Assembly (NCBI GenBank): GCA_024704765.1
Contig: JAKMXF010000033.1
Location: 744,001 to 808,000, forward strand
Reading direction: 5' to 3'
DNA length: 64,000 nucleotides
From: Oopsacas minuta
Lineage: Eukaryota > Animalia > Porifera
In this document: piece after piece, positions 56,310 through 64,000 of the stretch
Numbering within the stretch: position 1 is the stretch's first letter
Layout: each line of letters starts with the position of its first letter
The notes under the pieces: generated by a model
What the model was told of the DNA's origin: nothing
The model's input: the letters and a program-made list of their open reading frames with translations, nothing else
Databases searched by the model: none
Position numbers and translations under genes: made by a program

Positions 56310-59300
56310 TCAATAATTGATTAAGTTACTGACCTGTTGCTGCTGAGACCTTCTCCTCTGCTGCATCTGTTGCTGGACAATACGACTCTGTTGCTGTCTC
56401 TGCATAAACTGTTGCTGATCAGGAGACATCAACATACCCTGAGGAGTGTATTGAGGCTGATACCCCATAGCAGTGGCAGCACTCATCTGTCTCTGTTGCA
56501 CGCGATTTTGAGACCCACCTCCAGCACGTCTGGGTTGTTGAGGGGGACGACTAGGCCAGGATGAGGAAGGAAGTTCTGGTAAGACCTCATCATCCATTCC
56601 TCCTCCAACTGCTATCGAGCTTCTGATTCCTTCTAGTCCTTCTCCACGTATCATAACCTCAAACGGGGAACCAGGGATATGCTGACCCGCCCAGTGAATA
56701 GAGATTGAGTATTTCCCTGCCTGTTTAGGCTCGTATGAAGCGATAAGTGTACGGGGGTCTTCTTCACGGATAGGAACAGCGTTTATTTTGTATGCGTCCT
56801 TCACTCCGTGAACACGGATCATCAGCATACCGTATCCAGCTGCTTTAGTTTCAATAGTAAAGTCTCCTCTGTGAGATACAGCACCGTTCTGTAGTCCAGG
56901 TCCATAAGCCTTCACTTTAGAGGCGTCAGGAGCTTGATGAACTTTGAACTTGTACGGACTCTTAGGTAGCTCCATACCTGACCACTGTACGTGAACTGTG
57001 TACTTTCCGGGTTTGGGTGTGTCTATCTTTACGGCGTAGACTCCAGGTTCCTCTTGAGCGACATAAGGCTGAATGATCTCGTTCTCAGGGCCGAATATCT
57101 GTACTTCTAACTTGCCTGCTCCTGCGTTACGAGCATCTACTTTGAACTCCTGGGCTCTCCCTGACAAGAGGACTGCTTTTTCCTTAAATACTTCTCCGAA
57201 CATACGGACTCCCTCTGCCCTGGGACCTGACAGCACGTTCAATTTGAAGGGAGAACCAGGGATATGCTCTTTACGGAACTTAACATTGATAAGATACGCG
57301 CCTGCTTGCTCAATAGTATATCTAATAGAGTAAGTACTGTTGTTATTGTCTAGTATCTCTACTGGTACTTGTGCATGTACTCCTGTAATAGAAACGTGAA
57401 GTTCTCTCTTCTGTAGTAATCCGGACTGACTGGAGACTATAGTGAATTGAGTGAGTTCATTCAGTTTAGCTACCTTCAAGCCTTCTCCTGTAGCGTTACA
57501 TAAATGAGAAGTGAGAGCAGGGTCTATCTTCATACGGAAGGGACTGCCTGGTACATGGAAACCTCCCCACAATACGTCAACTAGATGATCTCCCATTTCC
57601 CAGGGAATGAAGCTACACTTGAACTCGTGTACAGGAGACTCACGTATTTCTACGTTATAAACAGCTGAAGGGCCTTTAGGCTTCACTACAAGATCTCCTT
57701 TCCCACTGTTCTCAGTATTTACCTGGAATGAGATAGCCTCTCCTACATTCCCTTTACCCATGAACAGCTGAGTGCCTGACACTTTACATGTACTAGCATC
57801 ACATACACTTACCATTACAGGAGTACCACATATGAACTCTTCAGCCCATCTAATATGCAGAAGAGTACCAGTTATTCTGAGTGGAGTAAGCTTAACTAGA
57901 TGTGTATCTGTGTGTTGTTGTGTAATCTCTACGAACATGCTGTCGGGAGCATCTTCACAAGCAGCTGTTAATTTACCGCTACCTGCCCCTACAGACTTTA
58001 TAATGAACTCTTCTGTCTTACGTACATGCAGCACGGTGGGTATCTTACCGAGGAGGGTACATTTATGGGGATCAGATACTGGTACCTTGAACGGGCTACC
58101 ATCTACAGGAGACCCAGCACACACGACATATATTTCATGCATACCAGCTTCTGTTGGTATAAAGCTAGCCATAGAGGTACCATCAGGATTCTCAGCTAGA
58201 GACACAGATGCTTCCTTTGTAGGCCCTGATGCACTAACCTTTATATTACCCTTACTACTGTATGCTATTCCCTGTATGATGAATGATACAGGCTCGAATA
58301 TCTTGAATACTCTGTTATGTAAGAAATCACCGACTACTCCAATATCCTTTGAGTCTAGTACAAACATCTTGTATGGACTACCTGCTATATGGTGTCCTGA
58401 GAACTTAGCATGTACAATCAACTCTCCACTGGTCTCTGGAGTAAAACTACAGTCGTATAGACTTCCTTTACCTCCTGTCAATACGATATCCTGCTTCCTA
58501 CCGTTTAGGACGAAGAAAACCTCTAGGGTACCTGTACCAGCCCCGTGTGTCTCAACTGAGAACTGAATTATCTCGTTAAGCTTGCCAACCTTACCCGGGA
58601 GAGGGAGACCCATGACGTCACAAGCTTTAGGACGACACACATTGAATTCAAAAGGACTTCCTGGTATTACTGTACCCTCCCACGTAACATTAACAATATA
58701 TCGTCCCACCTGACTAGGCTCTAGTTTCACATTCAACACTTTATTATTCCCTCCACTGATATCAGCTGTGTAGTAACGAGCAGGGTTGTTATTGGGATCA
58801 GAAGCTTTAACTTTTAAGTTACCAAATCCAGCACGTGTGTAATCTACATTGAAATCAATAGGCTCTCCAACTACGATGCTTTCTGACTGCAGAGCTGGTC
58901 CGAAGGCTTTACATTTGGATGCATTAGGACCAGGGACAACACGCACAGAGAAAGGGCTCTTGGGTATAGGATTACCCTCTATACATATGTTGACTTCATA
59001 TACACCTGGATTAGGTACCAGGTATTTGACAAGATAGGTTCCATTAGCATTATCTTTAATATTAATCTTCAGCTCCAAGTCATCAGGTATGTCACCATGT
59101 GTTTGGAAATTCTCTTGAGAACTGGCTGCCTTATCCTCTGTCATTGTTACAGTGAGTATACCAGAATCAACAAGATTAGCCTCCATTGCAGTGATAGTAA
59201 ACTCAGCATATTGTCCAGCTATAGCTTTCTTGAGTCCCTCTCCTGATAGAAATACCTTCCCTCTGTCTACAGGCTTCACAACCTCAAGAACGAATGGACT

Positions 59301-62300
59301 CCCTGCTACAGGGAGGTCTCCCCAGTATATCTCTACTGTGTGGTGTCCCTGCATCCATGGTGTGAAGCTAGCCAAGTATTTGAATTCCTCCTCTTTCTCT
59401 AGTTTAACCTTATAGGTTCCTTTATCGCCTTTAGCTTCTAATCGAGGTTCACAAGCTCCACCCTCTGTTCCATCAATGAATATAAATACAGGTTCTGATA
59501 TCTTACAGGAAGCATTCTTCAGCTGCTCGCTCTTAATAATACATTTAGCAGGATTATACACCTGCATAGACAATGGAGATCCAGGAACATCAGCTCCGCA
59601 ATACTTTACTGATACTTTAGAATTTCCTACAACTCCTCCGGTGAATATGATAGAACTAGTGAAATCTGTCTCGTCTTTGACTCGTACAGAGAGATGCTGT
59701 CCTCCCTCTATTACGCGTACTATCAGCTTCCCCGCACCAGCTCCCTTGTGTTTAACTGCTAGTGTTAGTTCTTGTCCTGCTTGTATTGATGTAGGTAGTT
59801 TACCTTGGAATGATACCTTATCCATATCCACAACCTGTATATAGTATACTCAATAAAATCATTATGTTACGAATAACAGAGAGATACAGTCAATCGAAGT
59901 TCAAGGGACCGCGATAATTACGTATTTGATAAAAGCGATGAAATTTTGTTACTTTGACGGTTTGTGACCATATTTGTACAAGTTAAGACTTCTATATAAG
60001 CGGGTATTTCGATATATCCGTGTTCGGTATAAAGGGAGTTGATTGTACAGTAAATATATTCTAGAATATTCTACAAATTAAAACTCACAATGATAGAGAA
60101 CAGTCCACCAGGTAGATCCTCTCCAGCACACAGCACCTCTACATCAACCTTACCAGATTCCTTAGGCACAAACTGAGCTAGAGCAGTAGCATCTCCTGCA
60201 TCATATACCTTGACTGGTATCTTACTGCCTCCTTGCTTTACCTTTACAGCTAGACTCTGCATGTCGGGTACTCCTATTATGTGAAATTTGAATGGTTCTT
60301 TGACTGGGAATGCTTCTTCCTGAGGATACTCAACTTTGAAGGCCGAAGCATCCACGCAGTTAACACGGAAAGGAGATCCCTTTATACCTACACCTGCCAG
60401 TAGGATGTGTACGTAAAATACACCAGGACGTCTGGGCGTTAAGCTGCCTTGAAGAATGCCTTTACTTATCTACAAGATTATTAGATGTAAGTATAGAATT
60501 GTATAGTAGGTGATACATACATAGTCCATAGGGTAAACCCTAAGGGACCAATAGGAAATATACTACTTGATATTAACAATATATATGTTATGAGGAATAT
60601 TGTACCGGGACTACCAAAATTGGTTTAGAAAATCACTGGCATATTCCGAACTGTCTAACTCATATGAAATGTCCATCTGTTAGTTAAATATGTAATAATG
60701 AAATGACACACGAGTGAGTATACACAAAATAAAACTGGTCATAAAGAAACCTACTTCTTGTAGATGCATGGGGTCTTTAGGTACATTCTCTCCACTCCCT
60801 CTCTGACAGAGAACTTCTAGCTTAGTAGAGCTACCAGCCTCTGAAACGTTAACTGTAAAATCTACTGTTTTGTTAACTTTACTAAGATGACCAGTGGGTA
60901 GAGGTAGTCCACTCAGTTTAACCTAAACACATACAAATAATATTATATTGTATGCGTTTTACCTCTCAGCCTTAATATAGGGAAGCAAATTACACCTATA
61001 AATTAAAATGACACAATTAGAAAACTTATATCTGGGGCTAAATCTCGAAAATAGAGTATGGAAAAGTTGATTGAATATCTATGAACTGAAGTATCAAAGT
61101 AGTGAATAAACAAACCTTAGAAGGATCAGAAATCTCAAATATGAACGGAGACTCCAGTATAGGTGAGCCTGCCCACAACACATTGATAGTGTATATACCT
61201 TTAGACACAGCATCTATCTTAACATTATACACTCCCACCTCCTGGTCCTCAGCCATGAACACCTGAACTTTGCCTCCGTCAGGTTTCTCTCCGATAACTT
61301 TAAGCTTTCCTACTCCCCCGCGTGACGTATCTACACTGAAATCTATTGGTTTACCAACAACCAGTACTGCTTCTCTAGAGAAAGCCATTCCAAACACTTT
61401 AACAGCACCAGCATCCGGTGCAGTTATACAATGCATAACATAAGGAGATCCAGTGATATGAGTACCGTCACATACCACGGATACTGAGTATCGACCTTCT
61501 TCGTATATAGTGTATGATACGTTATATAGTCCGTTGTCCTGATCTAGTACGTCTATATTAGCACCGCTAAAGTAAGATTCATCTGTGAGATCTGTAGGGG
61601 AGGGTAAGATAGATACACTGAGTACATCTTTAACTACTAGCCCTGGCTCGTTAGTGCTGATAGTGAAGGTAGCCTTCTCGTTTATTATAGAAGTCCTGAG
61701 ACCATCACCTGAGGAAATATTGATATTATGGGATTAATGATACTTAAGTAATAATTATATAGTAGGATATAGTGTACACAGTACCGTAGTTTAATATACG
61801 AATATCATGGAAATGATTGTATCGTGTACATACAGTACACCCTCGAATATCCGAATTCGTTGGGACCGGTCAAATGCTTTAGGATTCGTACTGTACAGTT
61901 CGGATATGGGAGGTCGTTTATCCTAAATGGAATATGAACTGGGAACGGGGCATGCAATGCTTCAGATAATCGAGGTTGTATTCAATAGGTGACGTCACCA
62001 AATAAATATCCAGAATTTCTACATAGTGTAACATAGCTATTAGCACTCTACGGTCTACAGTCATGATAAACAATTCTGGTACGTACTACAAAATTACATC
62101 CATGATTCATCGCTACTTCTAAAATACCTGTACTAAGGTGGCAACAGAGGTGTTCTTACCTTTAGCTGAATAAGTTCCTGTCTCTATAGCCCGTATAACT
62201 TTCATATCGTATGGAGATGTTGGGATAGGCACGCCTCCCCACAGAATCTCCAGGGTGATATCTCCTAGCTCCCATGGAGTCACACTAGCCTGGAATGTTC

Positions 62301-63748
62301 CATCTCTGTTATCTGTTATTTCTCCTGCATAAGTATTGACAGCTCCTACTGCTCTAACCTCTGGGTTACCAGGTCCAGCTGATTTGGCTTGTATCGTGAA
62401 CTCAATAGCTTTCTGTATTTTAGCTATGTTACTGCTCAGACCAGGTCCGTATACACTGACTTGACTGGAATCAAATACTTGGCACATAAAGGGAGTTCTG
62501 GGAAGATTGTCTCCTGACCAGACCATGGATATGTCAGACTAGAAAAATGAAGATCAAATAAATCGTCAACAACAACCTAGTTAATATGAAAATGCTCAGC
62601 TAGGTCCTGGGTCTAGGGAACCTATTCGTAAATACGGAATATGTACATCAATATTTTTGTTCAATAAGTTTCAATAAGGAACGTGAAAAGTTGTATATTC
62701 GATCGATCCATTAAATTACCCAATGGTGGAAACGGGTGTCAGAGGTTCTACTGTAACAAATAATGTTAATCCACTATCCATGGTTAAATGACTAATAACA
62801 ACAATTTCAAACAAGATTTAATGTACAAATGATAACTCACCGTTCCTAGAGCTATAGGATCAAACAATACTTCTACACTGAAATTCCCTCTCTTGCTAGT
62901 CTTAGTTGCTACGATACTAGGATCAGCTGATTGTACTGTAAGGTCACCTGGTCCTGCCTGACTGATGTCTACTTGTATGGATTGCTGCTGACGAATCTGT
63001 AGCAGGTTGGGGAGAGGAGAGTTTATGATGCATAACTTCACGTCAGTTACGTTGATAGAGAGAGGTGAATTCTCTACATGGTCAAGTGGACACGTCACTG
63101 ATATCTATACAAAATAGGAAGCTAAATTTGATTCGTAAGTGGTAGTATTAACTGAGTGTAAGTCTAATACGAATTCTACTATAAAGATATAATTGGTGTT
63201 CAATATAACCAATGAAAACTATGTTACTTTGATGGCCTGGTACCATACTTGAACAATTTTAGACTTAAATATAAGCGGGTATTTGGATATAACGGGAGTA
63301 ACTGTAGATAATTAGGCATATATACCTGATAAATCCCAGCGATGAGGGGAGTGAATGAAGCAAACACCATATCATTAGGTCTAGGATCTAGCGTTACGGG
63401 AATAAGAGCATCTTTCTTCTCTCCAAGAGCAGTACACTTTAAAGCAGAAGCGTTCATCTTGTTAGCTCTTATCTGTAAGACGATTGGGTTGCCGGCTTTA
63501 GCTACTCCCTGTACATTAACAATCTCTACGCTGGATTGTCTGGGGTCTACAACACATACTTTATAAGGACTACCAGGTGTCAATTCTCCGCCTACTCTCA
63601 GCTCTATCGTATCTACTCCCACACGTACAGGTGTATAAGTGATGTCATACTTCCCGGCTGTGTAGGTCTTTACTGTAGGATCTAGTCTAGTCTTGTCAGA
63701 AGCTACTATGTCAATGTCGAGCATTCCTGCACTGCCTGGTGCTGTCAC
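56310..63748 (-). CDS. Filamin-like gene A, 5' end outside the window; at least 19 filamin Ig repeats and a Q-rich tail. Exons 63748-63326, 63104-62841, 62538-62160, 61708-61116, 60922-60755, 60469-60089, 59834-56310
   Basis: Repeated ...IPGSPF... filamin motifs; exon junctions with GT/AG ends join in frame (e.g. GIYQ|ISVTCP, ALGT|SDISMVW, DPSK|VKLSG, FSII|VVDMDK). Confidence 0.88.
59885..60047. mobile_element. TACAGTCAACTC-family MITE in a filamin A intron
   Basis: Left TACAGTCAA..CAAGGGACCGCGATAATTAC; right ATAAGCGGGTATTTCGATATATCCGTGTTCG...GAGTTGATTGTA, closely matching the 52409 copy. Confidence 0.7.
61831..61985. mobile_element. Putative MITE in a filamin A intron
   Basis: TACAGTACACCCTCGAATATCCGAA at the left; TTCAGATAATCGAGGTTGTATT at the right (imperfect inverted match); internal GGGACCG motif. 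Confidence 0.5.
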
Positions 63749-64000
63749 CTGTCAAATTAAAAGATAAAGAAATATCAACATAGATAAGACGTTTTAACGT
63801 ATGGAGTAAGAGTTTTGATAATTTAAACTATAAAATAACATACTGAGCAATACAAAATATTATACTCGTTAAACTACATAGTAGAAATATGAATTCATCA
63901 ATCCGCTTCAAAAATTTTTATGGAATATTATTCGCTATATTTCACCCTAATGTGTTAACGAGAGCCTACAGTATCTCAATACAGTAGCCCCGTTATTATC

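Noticed and set aside
57772-58566. 264-aa plus-strand ORF and other plus-strand ORFs over the filamin exons
   Set aside because: Antisense shadows of filamin coding sequence.

Overview
AT-rich, gene-dense eukaryotic (animal) DNA with mostly single-exon genes. The intron-poor layout, NHL and 7TM family genes and acceptor-like AGs before start codons suggest a glass-sponge-type genome; this is inference, not shown. Recognisable genes: kinesin-7/CENP-E (partial), UQCC1, NIT2, a TMC channel, SMARCB1, DENND6, MRPS18C, CYC1, NT5C3, TMEM222, two near-identical inverted amino-acid transporters, and two tandem filamins (the downstream one has three CH domains and hosts nested genes in a 7.35 kb intron). 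Bacterial-like genes (class-V PLP enzyme, ComEC-like metallo-beta-lactamase fold), pseudogenes and several MITE families are also present. The standout is a 2629-bp RAG1/Transib-family transposon at 19993-22621. Both ends start with the exact V(D)J RSS heptamer CACAGTG and are flanked by a perfect 5-bp target-site duplication (TATCA). The ends are bipartite and asymmetric: a shared 12-mer and 13-mer separated by 2 nt at one end and 11 nt at the other. It encodes a frameshifted RAG1-core-like transposase with an NBD-like region and all three catalytic acidic residues, but has no room for RAG2.
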